Below are positions 8,943 to 17,756 of a stretch of DNA of 64,000 bases, in pieces. The stretch comes from Methanobacteriota archaeon (lineage in GTDB: Archaea > Thermoplasmatota > Poseidoniia > Poseidoniales > Thalassarchaeaceae). Every line of letters starts with the position of its first letter. The first letter of the stretch is position 1. The position numbers and the translations under genes are program-made. The notes beneath the pieces were generated by a model, which was not told the DNA's origin, ran no database searches, and saw only the letters and a program-made list of their open reading frames with translations. Location: positions 57,991 through 121,990 of the forward strand of contig JABIGF010000002.1 of NCBI GenBank assembly GCA_018650285.1, read 5' to 3'.

Positions 8943-9843
8943 CTATCTCATCACGCATTGCATCTAATTTGGACTGGCCCATAGTAGGTGGTGGTGGTAA
9001 TGGTAAGCCATCTGGTGGCGGTGGCAAAGGTAACTCATCAATAGTAACTTCAACCTCTTCTTCAAACTCTGTAGCAGCAACAAATCCTGTATCAAGAGGT
9101 ATTCTCAATTTGAGTATTCTAGCGTCATCAATTCTAACATATGTTGCACCATATGGATGGCCCGCCACAACATTTTCAGGTTCATCAAGAACCGTCAAAC
9201 CGTGACCTGGCTTCGCCAATAAACTGAGTAAATCTTCTCCATCATCCTGCTTTGACCACATACGAGCTGCTGATGCACGAATTTCTGCAAGTTGACCACG
9301 TCGGCGCTCCTCAATACGACGTTTGATGTCTGCCCTTTGGCCACGGCGCTCCTCAACAAATTCTTCAATATCAGCCTCTTCTACCTGTTCAGCACTGATA
9401 TCAACGACATATTCCTCGGCAACATGAATTTCTTCTTCTATGGCATCTTCTTCTAACTGGATTACTCCATCTTCATCTTCTAGATTTGATGTTTCTTCAA
9501 TAGAATCAGATGATGCTGCAACCTTGCGGTCACGTCGGCTTCCACCATCTTCGTCTTCAACAACTGCTTCAGGCAACTGAAATTCATCTTCATCACTAGA
9601 TTGTTCTGATGCAGAAACACGACGACGGACTGGTTTCTTCTTTGGTTTGCTTTTGCTCATCAATAAGAAGGCTGCAAGCAACAATAGTGAGCCGGTAAAG
9701 ATGTACCCATACATCTCATTACCCCACTCTCCAGAGAGAAATAATTGGAATAGAATACCGAACAACAATGCGAGATAAAGTAATACTCGGCCAAACGACA
9801 TCGTGCCCCCTCCACACGCGAGCAGATGCGACCCCTCTTTCAC
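8935..9843 (-). CDS. Membrane-anchored, highly acidic protein with C-terminal proline repeats; function unknown
   Basis: 302 aa. Probable start M15 (MSFGRVLLYLALLFG). Two N-terminal TM helices, a basic patch KSKPKKKPVRRR, a long D/E-rich region, an internal repeat RRGQRADIKRRIEERRRGQLAEIR, and the C-terminal tandem LPLPPPPDGLPLPPPP. 8 nt overlap with the downstream crotonase gene. Confidence 0.5.
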   Translation of the reverse strand: MKEGSHLLACGGGTMSFGRVLLYLALLFGILFQLFLSGEWGNEMYGYIFTGSLLLLAAFLLMSKSKPKKKPVRRRVSASEQSSDEDEFQLPEAVVEDEDGGSRRDRKVAASSDSIEETSNLEDEDGVIQLEEDAIEEEIHVAEEYVVDISAEQVEEADIEEFVEERRGQRADIKRRIEERRRGQLAEIRASAARMWSKQDDGEDLLSLLAKPGHGLTVLDEPENVVAGHPYGATYVRIDDARILKLRIPLDTGFVAATEFEEEVEVTIDELPLPPPPDGLPLPPPPTMGQSKLDAMRDEIGG

Positions 9844-9852
9844 TATGACGGC

Positions 9853-10449
9853 TCAGCGCCCAAGTGCATCCAACTCTATTTTCACGCTTTCTAGCGCTTT
9901 TGCACGGTGGCTAAATTGTTCTTTTTCAGCCCGATTCATCTGGCCAAATGTTGTACCTTTTGAGCCACCTTCTGGACAAAATATTGGATCATATCCAAAA
10001 CCATTTTCGCCTTGTTCATCTAATGATATCAAACCCCGACAAATCCCCTCACCAAAGTGGATTTCACCGTTGACAAAAATTGCTGCACAAGCACGAAATT
10101 CTGCGCCGCGGTTGTCTTTTTGCGCCAATAATTGCAGAATTCCAGAAAGCCCAATTTGTTGTAATACAGATGCAGAATAAACGCCGGGAAAACCATTCAA
10201 TGTATCAATAAAAAGTCCAGCATCTTCAACAAGAATTGCTGCATTAATTCCTTCGGTTTCAAGTAGGTTACGTGCTTGTTGAATTTTGGCCGTTGCAACT
10301 GCTCTCAATCCATCCGCTTGAGGCTCAATTATTTCTGGAACTTTTCCATCTATCAAAAATTGTTCAACTTGATAGCCTAGCGGAGCAAAAAAATGGCTCG
10401 CTTCCGCTAACTTTCCCGCGTTCCCTGTCAAAAACAGAAGTCGCTCCAT
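9853..10449 (-). CDS. rdgB: Non-canonical purine NTP pyrophosphatase (RdgB/HAM1, ITPase)
   Basis: 198 aa. FLTGNAGKLAE near the N-terminus, EDAGLFIDTLNGFPGVYS, GENGFGYDPIF, FSHRAKAL. Typical Ham1 family motifs. Confidence 0.85.
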   Translation of the reverse strand: MERLLFLTGNAGKLAEASHFFAPLGYQVEQFLIDGKVPEIIEPQADGLRAVATAKIQQARNLLETEGINAAILVEDAGLFIDTLNGFPGVYSASVLQQIGLSGILQLLAQKDNRGAEFRACAAIFVNGEIHFGEGICRGLISLDEQGENGFGYDPIFCPEGGSKGTTFGQMNRAEKEQFSHRAKALESVKIELDALGR

Positions 10450-10534
10450 GGTTGTCGCAGATGAGCCCCCCGATTGAGCCTATCGCCCCATTTTTATTCG
10501 TCAAAACCAAAGGGTAGGAGGGTGTGGCCAATTC

Positions 10535-10909
10535 ATGGAGCCAAAATCGCTACTCCTTGTTGCCGCAGGTGGAGCGTTTGGTGCAGCCGCTCGTTACGCC
10601 GTTTCTGAGTGGATCCCAGGGGAATTTCCTTGGAGTACATTAGCAGTCAATATCATTGGTTCTTTCCTTCTCGGTGTATTGATTGCTATGGCTCTCATCA
10701 ATGAACAAATCACCCCCGAAATTGTACTTCTTGTAGGCACTGGTGCATTAGGGGCATTTACTACAATGTCAACTCTTAGTGTTGATGTCATCCAACTTTT
10801 TGATACTGGCGACAAAATACCAGCTATTACCTATATTATGGCAAATTTCACCCTTTGCCCACTATTTGCTTTCATCGGCTGGCGTTATATTCCAATGATT
10901 ATCAGTTGA
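10535..10909 (+). CDS. crcB: Fluoride ion channel CrcB/FluC
   Basis: 124 aa with four TM helices. GGAFGAAARY near the N-terminus and GALGAFTTMST in TM3, typical of CrcB. Confidence 0.85.
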   Translation: MEPKSLLLVAAGGAFGAAARYAVSEWIPGEFPWSTLAVNIIGSFLLGVLIAMALINEQITPEIVLLVGTGALGAFTTMSTLSVDVIQLFDTGDKIPAITYIMANFTLCPLFAFIGWRYIPMIIS

Positions 10910-10938
10910 TGAATTTTGATTAACATCCTATCTAGACA

Positions 10939-11607
10939 TTAGGAATGATATCTTACTCGCCCACGAATTACATTGTAGCGAGCGATTACATCTGCAGCAG
11001 ATGCAGGGGGCAAGTCCGAACCGTTGTAGGGGAGGTCGTTAGCACTCTCATAGCCTTGAAACACCCAAGCCAAAGCATCTCCATATTCAGGGTGGCTAGC
11101 ACTCAAACACTCACTCAAGACTTGAAGGTCAAGGCCCATTCTCTCAACCTCTGTCGTCCACTGTGAAAGCCCAAAATCAATCAATGAAACACCTTGTTGC
11201 TCATCCCAAAGTATGTTGTTCGTTGTCAAATCTCCATGGACTGCACCAACGGAATGGAGTTGTCGGATATTGAATCCTACCTTTTTCATCAGCGATTCCA
11301 CATCGCTTTTGCCATCCCTCAATACATCAACAAGTTGTAACCCTAGCCTCAAAGATTGAACCATTATGCCACTACTCATTTCACATGCTAATAGCCGTGG
11401 AACTGGGAGGCTAGAACTAGAAAGGCGCGCAAGCATTTTTGCTTCAGATGACATCCTATGTGTGGTCAATCTACGATCAAGTGCAGGATTTCTATATGCT
11501 CTTGGGCGGCGGATTTTTCTGACTGCAGGAAGGCCGAGGAAACGGCCACTAGAAACTGCAGCCTCCGCCCCTACATGGATGAGTTGTTCCTCTTCCCACG
11601 CTAACAT
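10939..11607 (-). CDS. bud32: Bud32/PRPK-type small kinase (KEOPS subunit)
   Basis: 222 aa. GAEA, KIRRPRAYRNPALDRRLTTHRMSSEAKML, catalytic HGDLTTNNILW, LIDFGLS. Matches the Bud32 atypical kinase pattern. Confidence 0.8.
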   Translation of the reverse strand: MLAWEEEQLIHVGAEAAVSSGRFLGLPAVRKIRRPRAYRNPALDRRLTTHRMSSEAKMLARLSSSSLPVPRLLACEMSSGIMVQSLRLGLQLVDVLRDGKSDVESLMKKVGFNIRQLHSVGAVHGDLTTNNILWDEQQGVSLIDFGLSQWTTEVERMGLDLQVLSECLSASHPEYGDALAWVFQGYESANDLPYNGSDLPPASAADVIARYNVIRGRVRYHS

Positions 11608-11699
11608 TTTGCCACCACTGTGCCCTTCGGGCTAATATGCGGAGAATGGATGCATTCAAAGCGGTGGCGGCCACAGGAAGTAATCCCTGAGGTGGTTAA

Positions 11700-12842
11700 A
11701 TGCATAGCGTCTCGCTGCCCACTTGTTCAATTGATGATGCTGATTCTGACCTCTATCGTCAGAGAATTATTGCTGCAAAAAAGCAACTTGGTGACAAAGT
11801 GATGATTTTAGGACATCACTACCAACGTGATTCAATCATTGAACATGCTGATGAAACTGGAGATTCCTTCCTACTAGCAAGGAAAGCCGCTGACTCATCA
11901 GCCGAATCCATTGTATTCTGTGGGGTACACTTCATGGCCGAATCGGCGGATATCCTAACTTCTGACAAACAATCAGTTGTCATGCCAAATATCAGAGCCG
12001 GCTGTTCCATGGCAGACATGGCCGACCTGCCTGATGTGGAGGCTTGTTGGAATGAACTTCTCAACGAGTGCCAACTTAATGACCCTGCAACTCGAGAAAA
12101 CCCTGACAGCCCTGCACTCAAAGGTGAAGCTTACCTTGTCCCAGTCACTTACATGAACTCAAGTGCCGACCTCAAGGCATTCGTCGGTTACCACGGGGGT
12201 GTAGTATGCACGTCCTCCAATGCTGCTGGTGTTCTAGAATGGGCACTAGAGCGGGCAGGTGAAAACGGCAAAGTACTCTTCTTCCCAGATCAACACTTAG
12301 GTCGAAACACAGCCTTAGCAATGGGTTACCAAGATGACGATATTGCAGTATGGAACCCAATGCTAAAACCTGACTGGAATGATTTGAATTCCTCTAAGTT
12401 CGTGCTATGGCATGGTTACTGTTCGGTCCACCAACGTTTCACTGTTGAACAAATTGATGACTTACGAAAAGAAAATCCCGGTGCGCTAGTGATTGCTCAC
12501 CCCGAATGTGACCGAGCTGTCGTTGATGCTGCAGACGCATCAGGTTCAACTGAAATGATTCGCCGTTATGTTGCTGATGCACCAAGCGGTGCAGTTATCG
12601 GAGTAGGTACTGAAATCCACCTTGTCAAAAGATTGAACGCACAATATCTTGACAAAACGGTAGTTTGCTTAGACCCAGGTCTCTGTCCTTGCTCAACTAT
12701 GTACATGATTCATCCAGCGTTTTTGGCAGATGTTCTTGAGTCACTTGTAGCAGGAGAAATAACCAATCAAATTGTTGTCCCTAAGCAAATTGCTGAAGAT
12801 GCAATCTTAGCGCTCAATCGTATGCTTGCAATTACTGCTTGA
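11700..12842 (+). CDS. nadA: Quinolinate synthase
   Basis: 380 aa. ILGHHYQRD, VFCGVHFMAESADIL, YMNSSADLKA, AHPECD, CPCSTMY. NadA motifs including cluster-ligand cysteines. Confidence 0.85.
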   Translation: MHSVSLPTCSIDDADSDLYRQRIIAAKKQLGDKVMILGHHYQRDSIIEHADETGDSFLLARKAADSSAESIVFCGVHFMAESADILTSDKQSVVMPNIRAGCSMADMADLPDVEACWNELLNECQLNDPATRENPDSPALKGEAYLVPVTYMNSSADLKAFVGYHGGVVCTSSNAAGVLEWALERAGENGKVLFFPDQHLGRNTALAMGYQDDDIAVWNPMLKPDWNDLNSSKFVLWHGYCSVHQRFTVEQIDDLRKENPGALVIAHPECDRAVVDAADASGSTEMIRRYVADAPSGAVIGVGTEIHLVKRLNAQYLDKTVVCLDPGLCPCSTMYMIHPAFLADVLESLVAGEITNQIVVPKQIAEDAILALNRMLAITA

Positions 12843-12861
12843 ACAAGACCACTGAGAAATA

Positions 12862-14997
12862 CTACTCTTCTTCATCTGTTATTGATTCAGAGTTTTCTTT
12901 TTGTCTTTGAATCACCCATATCGTTAACAACGGAATCAAAGCAATGATTGCTACTTGCAATGTTTTTGATGAATATGGCTCAAACGTTTCCTCAAGACTG
13001 TAAATTATCACTTTGGGAGGTTCTTCGCCCCCACTATCCTGTAACCAAACGATGTACCCTTCCATCACCTGTGGTGTAGTCTGGTTAAACTCGTCTTCGG
13101 TATGAAGTTGATATGAACGGTTTTCTGAGATGATATGGTATTTGACATCCCAATCTAATTCAACAGTATTTGGGTCCATTGAATTGAGACCCCACTTATG
13201 TTGCCAAGCAATCACACCATGGCCAATTGATGGGTTTGCAACTGGGAAAAGTGGATCACCAATAATTCGCTGCTCCCCTGTGTCAAGATTCACCATAACT
13301 AGACGGGTGACTGCTGACAAATTTACTTCCGCGACAAGGTAATTTTTGTCAAAAGAGATACCTGTGATGCTTGCGTTGACATAGTCAACTACAGTGCCAG
13401 TGAGCGCTAATACTTGTTCATCCTTAGCCGAATCAACTGTTGCGTTTACTTCAACCGATAGCGTGTTTTGCACACCATCTAAAGAGAGAATATTTGCTGT
13501 CAATGGTGTGCTCTCTGTCACCCATGCTAGACTATTCTCCTCGCCATCAATGAGAATTACATCATCATCAGAGATTGGCATGAATACCTCGTGAGGCACA
13601 GTGCTCTGTAAGTTGATGACCACCCCGTCATCAATAGCGAATAACTTGGCAGGCATATCGTCCGAGTCATCAAGAAGGGCAAGGTCGGTGTAAAGAGGGC
13701 CTGTCGTTCTGCCGTCAGCATGAGTACTTGGATTTGAAAACTTAAGAGTGATTATTCTGTAACCTTGCCAAACAATCGCGTGATTCTTTGAAATTAGCAC
13801 TTCTGTTGAAGCATTCAATAGACCCCATTGGGATTGGTTTCCATTCTCATTCAAATAGAGGCTGTCATGGTAAGTTCTATCATTCTCAATATCAATAATG
13901 ACAGCACTCAAGTTACCGTCTTCGTCTGCATCAAGGGCCACCAACCATCCATCAGCACCTGCAGCCGCTTCTGGATAAGTTACTCCTTCTGCTGGGAAAT
14001 CTTGGTGAGCGGCATCATACAATAGAACGCTAGAAGTTGCGGCAAATAACAACATAATTACTGTTCCCGTTTGAGCTGCCGAGGGACGGCGCAACCAGCC
14101 AATGAAATCACCTATCCAACTAGACAGCACCCGCTTTGGATTATTCAAATCGGCTAGCAACCAAGCAAGGCGAGCATTGAATGTTCGTTCATCAAGTCGA
14201 TACCACAACCAAGCGTGAGTTCTATCGGCAATCGCTACTGCTAATGAAGCAACAATGATACCACCAACAATATCTGAAAACCAATGAATTCCAAGATAAA
14301 TAATGGCAAACCCTGTGACGACATTAAACCAACCAACAAAGATTCGATAATTGCGCCAACGATTATCTGAATCCCATCTATGAAGTCCCAACCAAACGGC
14401 AAATGGTACCCCAATATGGAGGCTAGGCATACCATTTGTAAAAGGGTCAATTCTTGTGAACCAAGTCTGGATTTCAGGAGTTAGATGGTAGGCCAAAGGC
14501 TCCATTGCTGGAATGTGGTCCCCTGTGACTCTTACATTGAAAAAGAGATAAAATGGTACTGCTAATGCATAGACAAAGAACATTGCTAATAGTACTCTAT
14601 CAGCCATCCAACGGTCATTAAAATAAACAAAATATAGTGATGCTGTATAGGTCAACAGCATATATCCTGCAACATAATAATGCGTTAGTACGAATGTCAA
14701 AACATCATTCTGGAAAGTCTGTTGAACCCATAATACTAGGTCACCTTCAATAGCATAAATGAATGGAGTCATGTCAAGGTGCGTGTTTGCCATTAGCATA
14801 CGGTCAACACCGTCTAAGATATCTTTCCACACATAGATACTGAATACAACTGCAAGGTGTATCCAATAGCGCCTAAACATGTCAACAAAACCGGCCAAAG
14901 TTGCCCGTTTTCCTGCTGGGCGAAATACCGGCATTAACAGGATCCCGCCAAGCAGAGATGCAGTCACCCAAGTGATGTAAACTCCTGTGCCGGCCAT
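12862..14997 (-). CDS. PAP2_3-type (Aur1/IPC-synthase-like lipid phosphatase/phosphotransferase fold) membrane domain fused to a large extracellular domain and a C-terminal TM anchor
   Basis: 711 aa. The N-terminal ~280 aa are polytopic with MPSLHIGVP and LGIHWFSDIVGG (PAP2 C2/C3-like His...H-x3-D). About 400 aa follow that are non-hydrophobic, Asp/Asn/Thr-rich and beta-rich in appearance. The final TM is LQVAIIALIPLLTIWVI and the tail is ...SITDEEE. Confidence 0.6.
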   Translation of the reverse strand: MAGTGVYITWVTASLLGGILLMPVFRPAGKRATLAGFVDMFRRYWIHLAVVFSIYVWKDILDGVDRMLMANTHLDMTPFIYAIEGDLVLWVQQTFQNDVLTFVLTHYYVAGYMLLTYTASLYFVYFNDRWMADRVLLAMFFVYALAVPFYLFFNVRVTGDHIPAMEPLAYHLTPEIQTWFTRIDPFTNGMPSLHIGVPFAVWLGLHRWDSDNRWRNYRIFVGWFNVVTGFAIIYLGIHWFSDIVGGIIVASLAVAIADRTHAWLWYRLDERTFNARLAWLLADLNNPKRVLSSWIGDFIGWLRRPSAAQTGTVIMLLFAATSSVLLYDAAHQDFPAEGVTYPEAAAGADGWLVALDADEDGNLSAVIIDIENDRTYHDSLYLNENGNQSQWGLLNASTEVLISKNHAIVWQGYRIITLKFSNPSTHADGRTTGPLYTDLALLDDSDDMPAKLFAIDDGVVINLQSTVPHEVFMPISDDDVILIDGEENSLAWVTESTPLTANILSLDGVQNTLSVEVNATVDSAKDEQVLALTGTVVDYVNASITGISFDKNYLVAEVNLSAVTRLVMVNLDTGEQRIIGDPLFPVANPSIGHGVIAWQHKWGLNSMDPNTVELDWDVKYHIISENRSYQLHTEDEFNQTTPQVMEGYIVWLQDSGGEEPPKVIIYSLEETFEPYSSKTLQVAIIALIPLLTIWVIQRQKENSESITDEEE

Positions 14998-15146
14998 GAT
15001 GAATCACCTCTGCTGATACTATCGCTTTCAATGGGTTGGCTTTGTCAATTGCGATGAAAACTCCAGCCAACATAGTAACTAAGCAAAGAATGTCGCCTGC
15101 GGTAACGATACAATGATTCAAGAATGACAGCAATATCCCCCAGTCC

Positions 15147-16160
15147 ATGAGTGATTCTCCTGTATCTCACCATGAAGGTGGAACACCCCCTGAAAAAGCA
15201 GATGATGCTACGGATGAACAGACTGCTCAAATGGAGCAAGCCTACGCCCAAATGCGACGTAAATTGAGAATGACTCAACTCGCTGAAAACGTCAAACACA
15301 AAATAATGATTCTCTCTGGAAAAGGAGGGGTCGGGAAATCTACTGTCTCTACTGGACTTGCACTCGCCCTAGCACGGCAAGGGAAAAAAGTCGGCCTGAT
15401 GGATATTGACATCACTGGCCCAAATATTCCAAAAATGCTTGGAATTACTGGTTCAGAACTACGAGTTGAAGAAGGACAAATACATCCAGTTGAAGGACCT
15501 CACGGAATCAAAGTTATCTCTATGGCATTTCTACTAGAAGATGAAGACGCACCGGTAATTTGGAGAGGCCCGGTCAAATTAGGGGCAATTCAACAATTCA
15601 TCGGTGATGTTGCATGGGGTGATTTGGACGCACTCATTATTGACTTCCCTCCGGGCACATCTGATGAACCTCTTACTGTTGCTCAATCACTACCAGCAAT
15701 TGATGGAGTTGTAGTTGTAACAACACCTCAAGATGTTGCATTACTCGACAGCCGAAAATCAATCAACTTCGCAAAAACCCTGAAACTACCTTGCCTTGGA
15801 GTTGTTGAAAACATGAGCGGGTATACAATTCAGGGTAGTGCTGAACCAAAATCAAAACTGACTGTAAAAGGGCCACAAGGAGTCAACATTGATGTTGAAT
15901 CGGATGAGAATGGTGACTGGTCAGTAACCCTAGATTTGTTCAAGAGTGGAGGTGGAAAGAATGCGGCTAAGGAATTAGAAGTACCCTTCCTTGGCAAATT
16001 ACCATTTGACCCTGGCATTGTCAGAGGTGGCGATGATGGTGTTCACCGAATTGTCGCTGAGCCAGAAGGAGAATCGGCAAAGGCATTTGAAACCGTAGTC
16101 AACAATTTAATTACTCAATTAGAAGACAAAGAAGATAGTTCGGAACTCAAAATCCTCTGA
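15147..16160 (+). CDS. Mrp/NBP35/ApbC-family P-loop ATPase (Fe-S carrier family) lacking the usual CxxC
   Basis: 337 aa. Deviant Walker A SGKGGVGKST, DFPPGTSDE, VENMSG. Where family members usually have C-x-x-C after ENMS there is a Cys-free insert of about 35 aa (YTIQGSAEPKSKLTVKGPQGVNIDVESDENGDWSVTLDLF). Confidence 0.85.
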   Translation: MSDSPVSHHEGGTPPEKADDATDEQTAQMEQAYAQMRRKLRMTQLAENVKHKIMILSGKGGVGKSTVSTGLALALARQGKKVGLMDIDITGPNIPKMLGITGSELRVEEGQIHPVEGPHGIKVISMAFLLEDEDAPVIWRGPVKLGAIQQFIGDVAWGDLDALIIDFPPGTSDEPLTVAQSLPAIDGVVVVTTPQDVALLDSRKSINFAKTLKLPCLGVVENMSGYTIQGSAEPKSKLTVKGPQGVNIDVESDENGDWSVTLDLFKSGGGKNAAKELEVPFLGKLPFDPGIVRGGDDGVHRIVAEPEGESAKAFETVVNNLITQLEDKEDSSELKIL

Positions 16161-16197
16161 ATATTGAAACTAATAAATCACAGTTTGAACTGATGTT

Positions 16198-16989
16198 TCA
16201 AACAAGAGTGCCGCGGCGTTTGTCATATTCCTCAAACGCCTCAACCATTGACAAGCGACCTACAGCAACCGCTTGAGCCAACTCAATTGGTAAGGTAAGG
16301 CGCCCTTCACTTTCGCGACGTGACCTTCTTTGAACCTCCCTTACTTCACCTGTAGAAGGTTTGACTTTTCTTCTAGAAGTGACCTCTTCACCCTTTATCC
16401 TTGCAATTCGTGCTGCTGCTGCAGAATGTTCATGCCTGCCAACTCCGCTTGATGTTCTTCTCTCATCAACCATCTCAACTTTCAATCCTCTTGCTAGACA
16501 GACATTGGCTAACCGTGAACCGATTGTAGGAGAACCATCACCGATTCTGACTACTGCAATTGCGTGAGGAATTGAAGAGACTACTTGGCAGATTCTGTCA
16601 ACTGTTTCATCAACATTTTCCATCTGCTGGCTCCCCAATGGTCGGCCATCAGAGTTCCATGCAAGTCCTGGACGTGGGCCGGGGTCTACACCAAATGCCA
16701 ACACCCTAGTTGGGTGACGCTGAATTGCAATATGCAACGCTCTCTCAATACAGACTTCAACATCTGATATAGTGCATGCAATACCAGTGCCTACTTTGCT
16801 CACTGCCACTTCTTCTGGTGTACCAAGCCAAACAGATGAATCGGGTGGAAGTGGGGAATTTTCAGAAATTTGTATAAAATCGACGCCGCGTTTACGAAGA
16901 GATTTCATCAGCCTGTAGGCCAATTTGAAATCTGCTGTCCGAATAAGCAGTACTCCCACGGATAGTTGTGATACGGCGCCCTTAGTCAA
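16198..16989 (-). CDS. Putative RNase H-fold nuclease (YqgF/RuvX-RuvC-like core) with N- and C-terminal extensions
   Basis: 263 aa. LAFGVDPGPRPGLAW (G-x-D-x-G start of the RNase H fold), VRIGDGSPTIG, and VDERRTSS, which resembles the YqgF VDERLT(T/S) motif. Basic C-terminal tail. The assignment rests on short motifs only. Confidence 0.4.
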   Translation of the reverse strand: MTKGAVSQLSVGVLLIRTADFKLAYRLMKSLRKRGVDFIQISENSPLPPDSSVWLGTPEEVAVSKVGTGIACTISDVEVCIERALHIAIQRHPTRVLAFGVDPGPRPGLAWNSDGRPLGSQQMENVDETVDRICQVVSSIPHAIAVVRIGDGSPTIGSRLANVCLARGLKVEMVDERRTSSGVGRHEHSAAAARIARIKGEEVTSRRKVKPSTGEVREVQRRSRRESEGRLTLPIELAQAVAVGRLSMVEAFEEYDKRRGTLV

Positions 16990-17096
16990 TCATTGCGGTC
17001 ATTGCTTCGGTAAAATATGCGATTATGATGAAAATGGGGCGCGAGATACCAAACACGCCGACATGGTCTTGAATGAATGAACAAGCGTGACTTCTG

Positions 17097-17756
17097 ATGG
17101 CATCACATTATGAGCGTGAACTGCGAGCAGTTCTAGTTGGCTCTCCGGATGGTGTCAGAGCTGTTACTCGCAGTTGTAGTGCTTCTGAAAAGGCGAAAGT
17201 TATGCAAGTAATTCGCCGTCCATTCTTGGTTGTCCGTGCTGCTGGTAGTGGGACTGCTGGTGCGGGTGATCTATTGGCAGTTCGTGGAGATATCTCTCTG
17301 CCGATTGAAGTCAAGACTACCAAAGACAAGAAAGTCTACCTCTCTGGACGTACATGGGAGCAGTATCTTGATTTGCAGAATGAAGGAGAGCGCTGTGGTT
17401 TGATGCCAATTTATGCTATGCGACTGAAAGGTGTCCGCGGAGACTCGTGGCGTATTTTCAAAGTTGAAACCAGTAAATTAACCGGTCCTGCATCAGTTAT
17501 TGCTAGGCGCGTACCATCCCTTCCCCTAACAAGAAATGGAAAGCCACACCTAGATTGGGACCAAGGTTTGCCCCTTCACAAATTCCTAGCATTGCTCTGC
17601 CGTGATGAAGAAAGTTATTCTCAAACTGCTGAAATTCTCCGTTCTAAAGCAACTGCATGGACTGAACAAGCCGAAGCGAGAAAAATTGAAGACGAAATAA
17701 TTGTGGCAAAGCAACAACAAGAACCTGAAGAGTGGATGAGGAAATTCCGACTCTAA
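17097..17756 (+). CDS. hjc: Holliday junction resolvase Hjc-like endonuclease with a C-terminal extension
   Basis: 219 aa. YERELRAVL, then FLVVRAAGSG...GDLLAVRGDISLPIEVKTTKDKKVYLS (the E...D...E-x-K nuclease motif order of Hjc), then GLMPIYAMRLKG..WRIFKV. There is an insertion of about 30 aa after the first helix and an extra C-terminal region of about 90 aa. Confidence 0.7.
   Translation: MASHYERELRAVLVGSPDGVRAVTRSCSASEKAKVMQVIRRPFLVVRAAGSGTAGAGDLLAVRGDISLPIEVKTTKDKKVYLSGRTWEQYLDLQNEGERCGLMPIYAMRLKGVRGDSWRIFKVETSKLTGPASVIARRVPSLPLTRNGKPHLDWDQGLPLHKFLALLCRDEESYSQTAEILRSKATAWTEQAEARKIEDEIIVAKQQQEPEEWMRKFRL

Noticed and set aside
8476-9205. 163 aa and 116 aa plus-strand ORFs (8476..8967, 8855..9205)
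   Set aside because: They are antisense to the crotonase and acidic-protein genes. Their composition (Ser/Ala/Gly-rich, with a GGGNGKPSGGGGKG run) simply mirrors the opposite-strand coding sequence and proline repeat.
10450-10534. Possible fluoride riboswitch (crcB motif) in the 85 nt leader upstream of crcB
   Set aside because: The leader has GCAGATGAG...TATCGCCCC, which loosely recalls the 5' half of the motif. I could not find the conserved 3' half (a GCUGAUGA..CCUAC-like segment) on the plus strand. A CCUCCUAC string occurs only on the opposite strand and in the wrong order. An Rfam RF01734 covariance-model scan would settle it.
14882-15299. 88 aa and 84 aa minus-strand ORFs spanning the PAP2/Mrp divergent region
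   Set aside because: They overlap the 5' ends of both real genes and the promoter region and have no motifs. They are most likely spurious.
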